DNA of 64,000 nt from Cardiobacteriaceae bacterium. GTDB taxonomy: Bacteria; Pseudomonadota; Gammaproteobacteria; Cardiobacteriales; Cardiobacteriaceae. The DNA lies in contig JAUMXB010000008.1 in assembly GCA_030529365.1 (NCBI GenBank), positions 8,271-72,270 of the forward strand, given 5' to 3'. The notes under the pieces were generated by a model. It was not told where the DNA came from. It saw nothing but the letters and a program-made list of their open reading frames with translations, and did not search any database. The translations under genes were made by a program, and so were the position numbers. Positions 10,899-19,632 of the stretch are shown here, in pieces; the stretch's first letter is position 1, and each line of letters starts with the position of its first letter.

Positions 10899-11899
10899 TT
10901 GGTGACTTTCTGCAAATGCGGCGGTTCGTCCGGATTGAGGCCGCGCGCCTTGGCGAGCTGTTCGGCCATGATGTAGAAGCTGGTGACGGTCGCCATGCCT
11001 TGCAGGGCTTCGCAACCGGCGTCCACCAGGGTGAGGTCGCGTTCTTCTACCGAAGTATCGGCAGCGAGCAGCACTTGTCCGCCCATGCTGCGGAAGGCTT
11101 CGGCGAGTTCCACCAGGCCTGCCTGCGCCTTGCCGGGCGGGGCGAAGATGAGGCTTGCGAAATTGCTGTCGATGAGCGCCATCGGGCCGTGGCGCACTTC
11201 CGCGCCGCTGAAGGCTTCGCCTTGCAGTAGGCAGGTTTCCTTGCATTTCAGGGCTGCTTCCCTGGCCACATACCATCCTGCCCCGCGGCCAATGACAAAC
11301 AGGCGTTTTTTGCCGCTGAGCAGTTCCACGGCTTTGCTCCAGTCCTGCGCTGCCGCCTGTTGCAAGATGTCGGGCAGGCGCGCGAAGCCGTCGAGCCATT
11401 CCTGCTGGTCTTGCCAGTGCGCCAGCAGGCGCACGCCGGCGGCTATGGTGGCGATATAGCTTTTGGTGGCGGCGACGCTTTTTTCGCGTCCGGCGGCAAG
11501 GTCGATGACGTGCGCGCTGGTTTCAGCCAGCGGCGAGGGCAGGGTGTTGACCAGCGCGAGCGTTTGCGCGCCGCCGTTTTTCAGCGCTTCCTGTGCGGCG
11601 ACGAGATCGGGGCTGGCGCCCGATTGCGAGACGGCGAGCGCCAGCATGTCGCGCGTTTGCCACGGCGCGTGGTAGAGCGAGGAGAGCGAGGGCGGCAACG
11701 AGGCGGCAGGCAGCCCGAGATGCTGCATCCACAGATAGGCGATATAGCCTGCGGCATGGTCGGACGAGCCGCGCGCGGTGGTGAGCAGGCTGCGAATGTT
11801 TTGGCCGCGCAGGGCGTGGGCAACGTCGCGGATATGGGCGTCATCCTGATGGGCAATGACGTCGGCAGCGGCGAGGGTTTCCTGGCGCATCAGACTCAT
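10889..11899 (-). CDS. double-SIS-domain sugar-phosphate isomerase/deaminase (NagB-II / AgaS-like)
   Basis: 337 aa from Met101 of the track ORF (MSLMRQET..); two SIS domains (..AVSQSGASPD.., ..EVRHGPMALID..) as in GlmS C-terminal half; upstream 100 codons of track ORF are high-GC read-through overlapping nanE. Confidence 0.75.
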   Translation of the reverse strand: MSLMRQETLAAADVIAHQDDAHIRDVAHALRGQNIRSLLTTARGSSDHAAGYIAYLWMQHLGLPAASLPPSLSSLYHAPWQTRDMLALAVSQSGASPDLVAAQEALKNGGAQTLALVNTLPSPLAETSAHVIDLAAGREKSVAATKSYIATIAAGVRLLAHWQDQQEWLDGFARLPDILQQAAAQDWSKAVELLSGKKRLFVIGRGAGWYVAREAALKCKETCLLQGEAFSGAEVRHGPMALIDSNFASLIFAPPGKAQAGLVELAEAFRSMGGQVLLAADTSVEERDLTLVDAGCEALQGMATVTSFYIMAEQLAKARGLNPDEPPHLQKVTKTV

Positions 11900-11901
11900 A
11901 T

Positions 11902-12597
11902 TCAATTCTCCTTGATGGCTTGCGCAAACCAGCGCGTGATGGTGGTCGGATGGGTGATGGCGGTGCCGACAACGACGAAATCCGCACCGGCATCGAGCGC
12001 TTGCCGCGCCTGTTCCGGCGTATAGACGCGGCCTTCGGCGATGAGCGGCACGCCGAGTTTGGCGCTGGCGATGGCGCGGATCAGCTCGAAATCGGGGGCG
12101 GGCGTTTTTTCGCGTTCGCCGCTGTAGCCGGCAAGTGTGGTGCCGACGCAGTCCGCGCCAGCCTTGACTGCCGCTTCGGCGTCTGCCAGCGAGCCGCAAT
12201 CGGCCATGATGAGGGCGCGGCTTTGCGCTTTGAACGCGGTGATGGTGTCGGCAAGGGTCAAGCCGTCAGGGCGCGGGCGGCGCGTGCCGTCAATGGCGAC
12301 GATTTGCGCCCCGGCGCGGGCGACGGCGAGGGCGTGTTCCAACGTGGGCGTGATGACCACGCCGCTGTCGCCGTCTTTCCAGAGACCAATAATCGGCACC
12401 TGGCAGAGGCTGTGCACGAGCTGGATGTCGGCAATGCCCTGGATGCGCAGACCGGCCGCGCCGCCGGCAACGCAGGCCTGCGCCATGCGCGCGATCACGT
12501 TCGGATCGCGCATCGCCTCGCCCGGATAGGCCTGCACCGAGACGACGAGCTGCCCCTTGAGGCGGGCAAACAGCGCTTCGCGTGGTTCAACCAGCAT
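11902..12597 (-). CDS. nanE: N-acetylmannosamine-6-phosphate 2-epimerase
   Basis: 231 aa from Met57 (MLVEPREALFARLKGQLVVSVQA..); ..PIIGLWKDG..IVAIDGTRRPRP..LIMADCGS.. matches NanE; start overlaps end of ROK kinase gene by 11 nt. Confidence 0.85.
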   Translation of the reverse strand: MLVEPREALFARLKGQLVVSVQAYPGEAMRDPNVIARMAQACVAGGAAGLRIQGIADIQLVHSLCQVPIIGLWKDGDSGVVITPTLEHALAVARAGAQIVAIDGTRRPRPDGLTLADTITAFKAQSRALIMADCGSLADAEAAVKAGADCVGTTLAGYSGEREKTPAPDFELIRAIASAKLGVPLIAEGRVYTPEQARQALDAGADFVVVGTAITHPTTITRWFAQAIKEN

Positions 12598-13483
12598 GGG
12601 ACTCCTCCCGCAGAATGAGCGAGGCTGCGCCGAGCAGTGCAGCATCGTTGCCGAGCGCGGCCTTGACGAGTTCGGCGTCGCGCAGCGGCAGCAGCACATG
12701 TTTGCGGTAGCTGTCGCCAATCGCTTGCCACCACCAATCGGGCGCATCGGCAAGCCCGCCGCCATAGACGATCACTTGCGGATCAATGGCGTGGCAAATG
12801 CTCGCGAGCGCAATGCCGATGACGTTGGCCGCGGTATCGATCACGCGCCTGGCGATGGCATCTTGTGCATAGGCGGCGAAGACGCCGTGCGTATCGGCAA
12901 TCGCGGGGTTGCCGCCCAAAGCCTGATAATGCCGGAAAATGGCGGGGCCGGAAGCCACCGCTTCGAGCTGGTGCGCGCCGCCCAGATCGTGCGGCACATA
13001 GACATCGCCATAATGCCCGGCCACATAATGCGCACCCGCATGCGGCGCGCCGCCTTTCAGCCAGCAACCGCCAATGCCGGTGCCGACCGCGATCACCAGC
13101 ACCGAATCCTTGCCGCGCGCCGTGCCCAGCCACGCTTCGCCGCGTGCGTGCGCATTCACATCATTGACCACGCGGATGCGGGAGAAGCCGGTGCGGTTGC
13201 GCATTTCGCCGATCACGTCCGTGCCCTGCCAGCCGACGACGGTATCGTTGGCGCGCAAGACCACGCCGCGATCGGTGTCGATCACGCCGACCGCGCCAAT
13301 GCCGATGCCTTGCACCGAATCATCGCGCAGCTCGGCAACCAGCGCGGCCATGGCATCGAGAATCGCTTCGCGCCCTTCGCGCGCAGGCGTGGCGCAACGG
13401 GTGCGGGCGAGAATATTGCCGTCGGCATCAACGCGCGCGGCGGCAATTTTCGTGCCGCCCAGATCAATGGCTATCGCGCTCAC
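12587..13483 (-). CDS. ROK family sugar kinase (NanK-like)
   Basis: 298 aa; N-terminal AIDLGGTKIAAARVD ATP-binding motif; ROK fold glycine-rich segments. Confidence 0.8.
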   Translation of the reverse strand: MSAIAIDLGGTKIAAARVDADGNILARTRCATPAREGREAILDAMAALVAELRDDSVQGIGIGAVGVIDTDRGVVLRANDTVVGWQGTDVIGEMRNRTGFSRIRVVNDVNAHARGEAWLGTARGKDSVLVIAVGTGIGGCWLKGGAPHAGAHYVAGHYGDVYVPHDLGGAHQLEAVASGPAIFRHYQALGGNPAIADTHGVFAAYAQDAIARRVIDTAANVIGIALASICHAIDPQVIVYGGGLADAPDWWWQAIGDSYRKHVLLPLRDAELVKAALGNDAALLGAASLILREESHAG

Positions 13484-14406
13484 AACAGCCCCACTTCGCG
13501 CAGGATGGCCTCGATGCGCGCTTTTTCTTCGTCATTCAAGGAAAGCATCGGGTCGCTCATGCGGTTGCTCTCGATGACGCCCATGGCGACCAAGGCAGTC
13601 TTGAACGCGCCCAAACCGGCCGCCCCTGCGGACACGCGCCCCGGCGCGGGCGTGAAGACGATATCAAAGAGACGCGACAGGCGATCCTGTTCCTTGCGCA
13701 CTTTCTCCCAGTCGCCGGCGCGATAGGCGTCATACATCGCCACATAGCCCCTGGGATCGACGTTACCGAGGCCCGGCACCACGCCGTGCGCGCCAGACAG
13801 GAATGCGCCATCGACCACCACTTCATGCCCGGTGAACACGGCGAAGTTGGGCACGTCGCGCGTCGCCAGCATCAGGCGGCGGAAGGAAACGTCATCGCCG
13901 GAAGAATCTTTCACGCCCGCGATCACGCCTTCTTGCGCGAGTTTGGCGAGCAGGCCGACGCCCATTTTCATGTGCGTGCGCACCGGCACGTCGTAGGCGA
14001 ACACCGGGCATTGCAGCGCCTTGTGAATCTGGCGGAAATGGGTCTCGAGTTCCTGCTCGTTGGAGAGCGCGTAGAACGGCGTGGTCACCACCAGCGCATC
14101 GGCGCCGCTGCCGAGCATTTTCTTGCCTTCTTCGATGACGCGCCTGGTCGTCATTTCGCAGGCGCCAGCGAAAACCGGCACCTTGCCGGCATTGATGTCG
14201 GCCACGATGCGCACCACGGTTTCGCGTTCGCCGTTGGTGAGATAGGGGACTTCGCCGGAAGAGCCGAGGGCGAAAATGCCGTGTACGCCGCCATCGAGCA
14301 GGTGATGGACGAGGCGGGCGAGGCTTTCGCCGTCCATGCGGCCGTCAGCGTGGCGGGGGGTGAGAATCGGCGGAACAACACCGTGGAAAGGAGAGGCTTG
14401 GGTCAT
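13480..14406 (-). CDS. DHDPS/NAL family lyase (N-acetylneuraminate lyase-like)
   Basis: 308 aa; ..GIFALGSSGEVPYLT.. and Schiff-base lysine region ..IAGVKDSSGD.. typical of dihydrodipicolinate synthase/N-acetylneuraminate lyase family; ATGA overlap with kinase gene. Confidence 0.75.
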   Translation of the reverse strand: MTQASPFHGVVPPILTPRHADGRMDGESLARLVHHLLDGGVHGIFALGSSGEVPYLTNGERETVVRIVADINAGKVPVFAGACEMTTRRVIEEGKKMLGSGADALVVTTPFYALSNEQELETHFRQIHKALQCPVFAYDVPVRTHMKMGVGLLAKLAQEGVIAGVKDSSGDDVSFRRLMLATRDVPNFAVFTGHEVVVDGAFLSGAHGVVPGLGNVDPRGYVAMYDAYRAGDWEKVRKEQDRLSRLFDIVFTPAPGRVSAGAAGLGAFKTALVAMGVIESNRMSDPMLSLNDEEKARIEAILREVGLL

Positions 14407-14447
14407 GGGGATAGTCCTTTTGGGTAAAATGATGGCAGAAAAGCGGG

Positions 14448-14538
14448 GTGGTAAAATTTCTCATCATGAAGCGCTTATAGCGATAGATTTTCTCACGATA
14501 AGCGCTTATTCGTGGTAAAAAATTACTATATTTGTCTT
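14448..14538. repeat. type-1 palindromic-unit repeat, copy 6
   Basis: GGTAAAATTTCTCATCATGAAGCGCTTATAGCGATAGATTTTCTCACGATAAGCGCTTATTCGTGGTAAAAAATTACTATATTTG. Confidence 0.8.
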
Positions 14539-14548
14539 GTTTATAAAA

Positions 14549-15340
14549 TTATCCGGCGTGAAGCAACGACGGTGCGGCACCGAGCAGGCGCTGCGTATAG
14601 GCTTCGCGCGGCTGGGTGAAGACCTGGTGCGCGTCGCCCTGCTCGACTATCTGCCCGCCAAACATGACGATGATGCGGTCGGAAACCTGGTGCACCGTCT
14701 GGATGTCGTGCGAGATGAACATCATCGCCAGATTCAGCTCGTGCTTCAAGTCGGCCAAAAGATTGAGCACTTGCGCGCGCACGGAAACATCGAGCGCGGA
14801 CGTGGGTTCGTCGGCAACAATCAGCGCGGGATCGAGGGCGAGGGCGCGGGCAATGGCCACGCGCTGCTTCTGGCCGCCGGAAAGGCGCGCCGGTTCAACC
14901 TGCGCCGCCGAGCGCGGCAGGCCGACGCGGGAAAGGAGCTCGTAAACCCGCGCCGTGCGCTGCCTTGCCGGAAGAAACTGGTGGATGTCCATGGGATCGC
15001 GCAGGATGTCGTGCACTTTCATGCGCGGATTGAGCGCGGTCGCCGGATCCTGGAAGATGACGGAGACCTGGCGGCCAAAAAGGCGGCGCATTTTCGCAGA
15101 GCCATGCTGGATGCGCTGGTCGCGGAAACGCACTTCGCCGTGCGTCGGCTTTTGCAGGCCGATGACAACGTTGGCAAGCGTGGATTTGCCGCAGCCCGAT
15201 TCGCCGACGACGCCGACGGTTTCCCCGGCGCGGATGGCGAAATCCACGCCCTGCACGGCCTTGACTTTGGCGCCGCTGAAGAGCTTGCCATCACGGGCAG
15301 GGAAATGGACGTGTATATCTTTGAGTTCGATCAGGTTCAT
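14549..15340 (-). CDS. ABC transporter ATP-binding protein (DppF/OppF-like)
   Basis: 263 aa; Walker A GESGCGKST, signature LSGGQKQR, Walker B LIVADEPTSALD. Confidence 0.85.
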   Translation of the reverse strand: MNLIELKDIHVHFPARDGKLFSGAKVKAVQGVDFAIRAGETVGVVGESGCGKSTLANVVIGLQKPTHGEVRFRDQRIQHGSAKMRRLFGRQVSVIFQDPATALNPRMKVHDILRDPMDIHQFLPARQRTARVYELLSRVGLPRSAAQVEPARLSGGQKQRVAIARALALDPALIVADEPTSALDVSVRAQVLNLLADLKHELNLAMMFISHDIQTVHQVSDRIIVMFGGQIVEQGDAHQVFTQPREAYTQRLLGAAPSLLHAG

Positions 15341-15382
15341 GAGGTTTTCTCCTTAAGCGCTGTGGGTTTGCCAGTGCGCTGG

Positions 15383-15530
15383 AAAAGCCCCTCCCCCTGT
15401 GGGGGAGGGGTTGGGGAGAGGGCAGCAAACAGATGATTTTTTAACTTTCTCAGGGGGATTTGAAACTTTTATCCCCTCACCCCTACTCCAATCTGCTCCG
15501 CAGCTCTGCGAGTCCCGCAAGCGGGAGAGG
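15383..15530 (+). repeat. type-2 C-rich hairpin repeat, copy a
   Basis: AAAAGCCCCTCCCCCTGTGGGGGAGGGGTTGGGGAGAGGG..CTCCGCAGCTCTGCGAGTCCCGCAAGCGGGAGAGGAG; contains perfect hairpins CCCCTCCCCC-TGT-GGGGGAGGGG and TCCCGC-AA-GCGGGA; ~85% identical to reverse complement of 18709-18862. Confidence 0.7.
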
Positions 15531-15621
15531 AGATTGATGCCGTGAAGACGTGCGGTTTTTTCCGGTTTTTTCGCTGCTTGGACATAAAAAAGCGGGCGAA
15601 TATCTTTGCGTTCAATCAGCT

Positions 15622-17610
15622 TCATGAAGTTTTCTCCGCTTGCGATGCCCAGCCGTGCTGGCCGTCGGTGTGCCACTCGGGCTTGTGCGCGGGATCGGCG
15701 TTTTGCAGTGAGCGCGGTGCGAAGCGGTCGCCGCGCGCGAAATCCTGCGGCGCGGGTACGCTGCCGGGAATCTGGTAGAGGCGCTTGGCGCGTTTTTCGG
15801 TGGAGAGCACGGAAGCGAGCAGGCCGCGCGTGTATTCGTGGCGCGGATTTTCGAGCAGCGCGCGTACCGGCGCGGCTTCCACGACTTGCCCCGCGTACAT
15901 CACGGTGATGCGGTTGGCAATTTCCGCGACCAGCGCCAGATCGTGGCTCACGAAGACGAGGGCGAAGCCGTGCTCGCGTTGCAGTTCTTCCAAAAGCGCG
16001 ACCACTTCCGCCTGCACGGTGACATCGAGCGCGGTGGTGGGTTCGTCGGCAATGACCAGACGCGGTTCGCGCGACAGCGCCATGGCAATCAGCACGCGCT
16101 GGCGCTGGCCGCCGGAGAGTTCGTGCGGATAGCGCGGCAGGATTTTCGCGGGATCGAGTTTCACCCATTCGAGCAGGGTTTCCGCGCTGACCTTGCCGCC
16201 GCGCCGGATGAGCTGCTGCAACTGGCTTCTGATGGTAAGCGAGGGGTTGAGCGCGGAGAGCGCGTCCTGATAGATCATGGCGATTTCCGTGCCGCGCAGG
16301 CTTTGCCACGGCACATTGCCGCCGAGAAGCTCGTGCACCTGGCCGTCGCGGGCATGGAAACGGATCTGCCCGGAAATCTGCGCGCTTTTGCCGAGCAGCC
16401 CGAGAATAGAGAAGGCGGTGATGGATTTGCCGCAGCCCGATTCGCCAACCAGCCCCATGGTTTCGCCGGCGCGTACGGTGAAATTGACGTTTTCCACCAG
16501 CGCGGTGTCGCCATAGCGGGCGGGGAAGCGGATATGCAGGTTTGCCACTTCGAGCACGACGGGCGCGCTGTCGTCGCTGGCTTTCAGCTCGCTGCGCGCG
16601 CGGGTGGCGCTTTGCAAATCATCGAGATAGCCGATGAGCGCAGGCTGGGCGGCGCGCGCTTCCGCGACATCGGCCTCCAGACGCGCGCTTTGTTTCACTT
16701 CCATTTCCGCTTCGGCTTGTGCGCTGCGGCTGCCGCCGGCGCGCAGGCGCGGGTTGACCATGGCGTCGGTCATGCCTTCGGCGAGGATATTGAGGGCGAG
16801 CACGGTGAGCAAAATGGTGAGGCCTGCGAAAGTGGTTGCCCACCAGCCACCGTTCAGCACGAGATTGCGGCCGTAGGAGAGGATATTGCCCCATGAGGGA
16901 TCGGGCGGCTGCACACCCGCGCCGAGGAAGGTGAGCGAGGCTTCGAAGATGATGGCGTCCGCCACCATGACAGTCGCGAACACCAGCACCGGCGCGGCGA
17001 TATTGCGCACGATGTGGCGCACGAGGATGTGCAGGCGGCTCGCGCCCAGCACGCGCTCGGCGCGCACGTAGTCCTCTTCCCATTGCGCGAGCACGTTGGC
17101 GCGCACCACGCGCGCGAGCTGCGGAATATAGACCACGGCAATGGCGATGATGATGATGTCCATGGTGTTGCCGAAGTTCACCAGCAAGACGGCGGCAAGG
17201 GCAATGCCGGGGAAGGCCATGATGATGTCCATGAGGCGCATGATGGCTTCGTTGCCCCATTTCGAGGCGGTCGCGGCAATTGCCCCCAGGGCGCCACCGA
17301 CGAGGATGGCAAGGCCGACGGCGCCAAGGCCAATCAGCAGCGACACGCGCGAGCCGTAAATGATGCGCGAGAGAATGTCGCGGCCGAGGCGGTCGGTGCC
17401 GAACCAGTGCGCGGCGCTTGGCGGACGCGCGGGCACGCCGCTCGCGAGCGGATCATGCGGCGCGAGCCACGGCGCAAAGAGGGCAACGAGGATAATGGCA
17501 GTCAGGAAGACGAAGGCGATTTTCGCCGGCAGATTGAGGGCGCGGAAGCGCGCGCCGCCATTGGCAAGGCGCTCGGCAAGGCTGCTGCGGGGAGTAAGGG
17601 CTTGCATCAC
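15622..17610 (-). CDS. fused ABC transporter permease (DppC-like) / ATP-binding (DppD-like) protein
   Basis: 662 aa; N-terminal ~300 aa with six TM helices and permease EAA-like loop, Ala/Glu-rich linker, C-terminal NBD with GESGCGKSI, LSGGQRQR, LVIADEPTTALD. Confidence 0.8.
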   Translation of the reverse strand: MMQALTPRSSLAERLANGGARFRALNLPAKIAFVFLTAIILVALFAPWLAPHDPLASGVPARPPSAAHWFGTDRLGRDILSRIIYGSRVSLLIGLGAVGLAILVGGALGAIAATASKWGNEAIMRLMDIIMAFPGIALAAVLLVNFGNTMDIIIIAIAVVYIPQLARVVRANVLAQWEEDYVRAERVLGASRLHILVRHIVRNIAAPVLVFATVMVADAIIFEASLTFLGAGVQPPDPSWGNILSYGRNLVLNGGWWATTFAGLTILLTVLALNILAEGMTDAMVNPRLRAGGSRSAQAEAEMEVKQSARLEADVAEARAAQPALIGYLDDLQSATRARSELKASDDSAPVVLEVANLHIRFPARYGDTALVENVNFTVRAGETMGLVGESGCGKSITAFSILGLLGKSAQISGQIRFHARDGQVHELLGGNVPWQSLRGTEIAMIYQDALSALNPSLTIRSQLQQLIRRGGKVSAETLLEWVKLDPAKILPRYPHELSGGQRQRVLIAMALSREPRLVIADEPTTALDVTVQAEVVALLEELQREHGFALVFVSHDLALVAEIANRITVMYAGQVVEAAPVRALLENPRHEYTRGLLASVLSTEKRAKRLYQIPGSVPAPQDFARGDRFAPRSLQNADPAHKPEWHTDGQHGWASQAEKTS

Positions 17611-18560
17611 ACGCTCCGAATTTTGGGGTTGATGAGAACGTAGAGAATATCGACGATGACATTCACGACGAGGAAGGCAAAGGCAATGGTGAGCACCACG
17701 CCCTGCACGAGATTGATGTCATTGTTGGTAATCCCGTTCAGGATGAGCTGCCCCATGCCGGGCAGGGCAAAAATCTGCTCGATGACCACCGCGCCGCCGA
17801 GGAGATAGCCGACGCGCAGGCCGAGAACGGTAACCGGCGTGATCAGCGCGTTGCGCAGCACGTTCTTGCGGATCACTTCCGCATAGGGCACGCCGTTGCC
17901 GATGGCAGTGCGCACATAGTCCTTATCCATTTCTTCCACCATGGTGGTGCGCACCACGCGAATCAGCGAGGCGCACACCGGCACGGCAAGCGCAATCGAC
18001 GGCAATATCATCGAATGAAACCAGCCCTTGGCATCTTCGCGGAAGGGAATGTAGCCGCCGGTTGGCAGCCAGTCGCTATCGAGCGCAAACCACTGGATGA
18101 GCAAAATGCCGAGCCAGAACGACGGCGTGGCCACGGCGGCGATGGAAAAGAGGCGGATGACTTGATCCGGCCAGCGGTCGCGATAGAGCGCGGCAATCAC
18201 ACCGAGCGAGAAGGAAACGACGGCCGCCAGAAAGACGCCGATGAAAGTGAGCTGCAAGGTGACGGGAAAGGCCTTGGCAATCATGGCAGTAATCGGTTGC
18301 TCCGGCGGCGTGGTCACGCCGAAATCGAGACGGAGCAGGTCGGACAACATGCGCCCGTACTGCACAACCAGCGGATCATTGAGGCCGCGTTCTTCGCGCC
18401 AGGCGTGCTTGGCCGCTTCGGAAGCGCTTTCGCCTAGGGCGATGGTGGCCTGGTCGATATTGCTGGACTGGAGAATGATGAAGACGAGAATGGTCACGCC
18501 CAGCATCATCAGCGGCAGGGCGAGCAGACGGCGCGACAGCAGACGGAGAATGATCGCCAT
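17607..18560 (-). CDS. ABC transporter permease (DppB-like)
   Basis: 317 aa, six TM helices, binding-protein-dependent transport signature; 4-nt overlap with downstream fused gene. Confidence 0.85.
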   Translation of the reverse strand: MAIILRLLSRRLLALPLMMLGVTILVFIILQSSNIDQATIALGESASEAAKHAWREERGLNDPLVVQYGRMLSDLLRLDFGVTTPPEQPITAMIAKAFPVTLQLTFIGVFLAAVVSFSLGVIAALYRDRWPDQVIRLFSIAAVATPSFWLGILLIQWFALDSDWLPTGGYIPFREDAKGWFHSMILPSIALAVPVCASLIRVVRTTMVEEMDKDYVRTAIGNGVPYAEVIRKNVLRNALITPVTVLGLRVGYLLGGAVVIEQIFALPGMGQLILNGITNNDINLVQGVVLTIAFAFLVVNVIVDILYVLINPKIRSV

Positions 18561-18583
18561 TCAGGGCTCCTTTTTTGGGTGAG

Positions 18584-18670
18584 TGGTAAATTTTCTCATC
18601 ATGAAGCGCTTATGTTGAGAAATTTTATCGCCATAAGCGCTTACGGGTGGTAAAAAATTACTATTTTGAG
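18584..18670. repeat. type-1 palindromic-unit repeat, copy 7
   Basis: GGTAAATTTTCTCATCATGAAGCGCTTATGTTGAGAAATTTTATCGCCATAAGCGCTTACGGGTGGTAAAAAATTACTATTTTG. Confidence 0.8.
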
Positions 18671-18708
18671 TGGTTTTTTTGCTAATTTCCAAAAAAATGC
18701 GCACATCC

Positions 18709-18862
18709 AACCCCTCTCCCGCGTGCGGGACTCGAAGAGCTGCGGAGCAGATTGAGGCAGGGATGAGGGGAGAAAAATTTTCTAGAAAGTTTAGGGAACT
18801 AAAAAATGCTTTGTTGGTTGCCCTCTCCCCAACCCCTCCCCCACAGGGGGAGGGGCTTTGGG
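18709..18862 (-). repeat. type-2 C-rich hairpin repeat, copy b (inverted orientation)
   Basis: CCCCTCTCCCGCGTGCGGGACTCGAAGAGCTGCGGAGCAGATTG..GCCCTCTCCCCAACCCCTCCCCCACAGGGGGAGGGGCTTTGG = reverse complement of copy a. Confidence 0.7.
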
Positions 18863-18898
18863 GTCGTGCTTTTAATCGAAGAAATTGCGCAAATACCA

Positions 18899-19432
18899 TC
18901 ACGACACCAGCTCCAGCATTTTTGCGAGCGTGTTGCGGTTGCGGGTGGTGAGCGCGATGCGCAAGCGTTTTTCCAGCGCGTTGTTGGAGAGTTTGCTGCG
19001 CGAGGCGTCGCCGGGGATGTGCATATAGAGGGCGTGTTTGCCTGCGGCGAGCTGGCTGTCGCCAAAATCTTCCGCGAGTGCGGCGGCAAGGTACGCGGCA
19101 TCGGGAACGTCGTTGGCAAGAGTGTAGAAAACGCGTGCGGGATCGGCATCAGGGAAAGGTTGTTCGGCGAGAATGGCGGTGAGTTGTGCCGCGTTTTTGA
19201 CGATGACGGCGAGGTCAACGCCAAGTTCGCGCTGCAATATATCGTGCACGCGGGTGGCAATTGTGGCGGCATCGTCGGCGCTTGCGAGGGCGATGTTGCC
19301 GTTTTGGATCCAGCTGCGCACGTCGGCAAGGCCGTGTTTTTCGGGCGCTTCACGCAGGGCGTCCATTTTCACGGCGTTCTTGCCGCCGGGCATGACGCCG
19401 CGCAGGAATACGGCATGACGGAAAAGAGACAT
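18899..19432 (-). CDS. DUF1697 family protein
   Basis: 178 aa from Met57 (MSLFRHAVFLRGVMPGGKNAVKMDALRE..); the 56-codon N-terminal extension in the track ORF is read-through into the adjacent type-1 repeat. Confidence 0.7.
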   Translation of the reverse strand: MSLFRHAVFLRGVMPGGKNAVKMDALREAPEKHGLADVRSWIQNGNIALASADDAATIATRVHDILQRELGVDLAVIVKNAAQLTAILAEQPFPDADPARVFYTLANDVPDAAYLAAALAEDFGDSQLAAGKHALYMHIPGDASRSKLSNNALEKRLRIALTTRNRNTLAKMLELVS

Positions 19433-19547
19433 TCGGCGCTCCGCAGTGGGGACAAAAAGAGCGGAAGGGCGGGGGAAACAAGGAGCCTTTTTGGTAAAAA
19501 AGATACCCGCCGCTTCCGCAAGCTGAAGATGCCTTTTGGAATAACAA

Positions 19548-19632
19548 TGGTGATTTTTTATCATTATGAAGCGCTTGTTGTAGTAAAAATTCGCTATCAA
19601 AGCGCTTCAAAATGGTAAAAAACGATTATTTA
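19548..19632. repeat. type-1 palindromic-unit repeat, copy 8 (overlaps stop codon of SBP gene)
   Basis: GTGATTTTTTATCATTATGAAGCGCTTGTTGTAGTAAAAATTCGCTATCAAAGCGCTTCAAAATGGTAAAAAACGATTATTTA; terminal ..GATTATTTA supplies TAA stop (19626-19628, minus). Confidence 0.7.
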
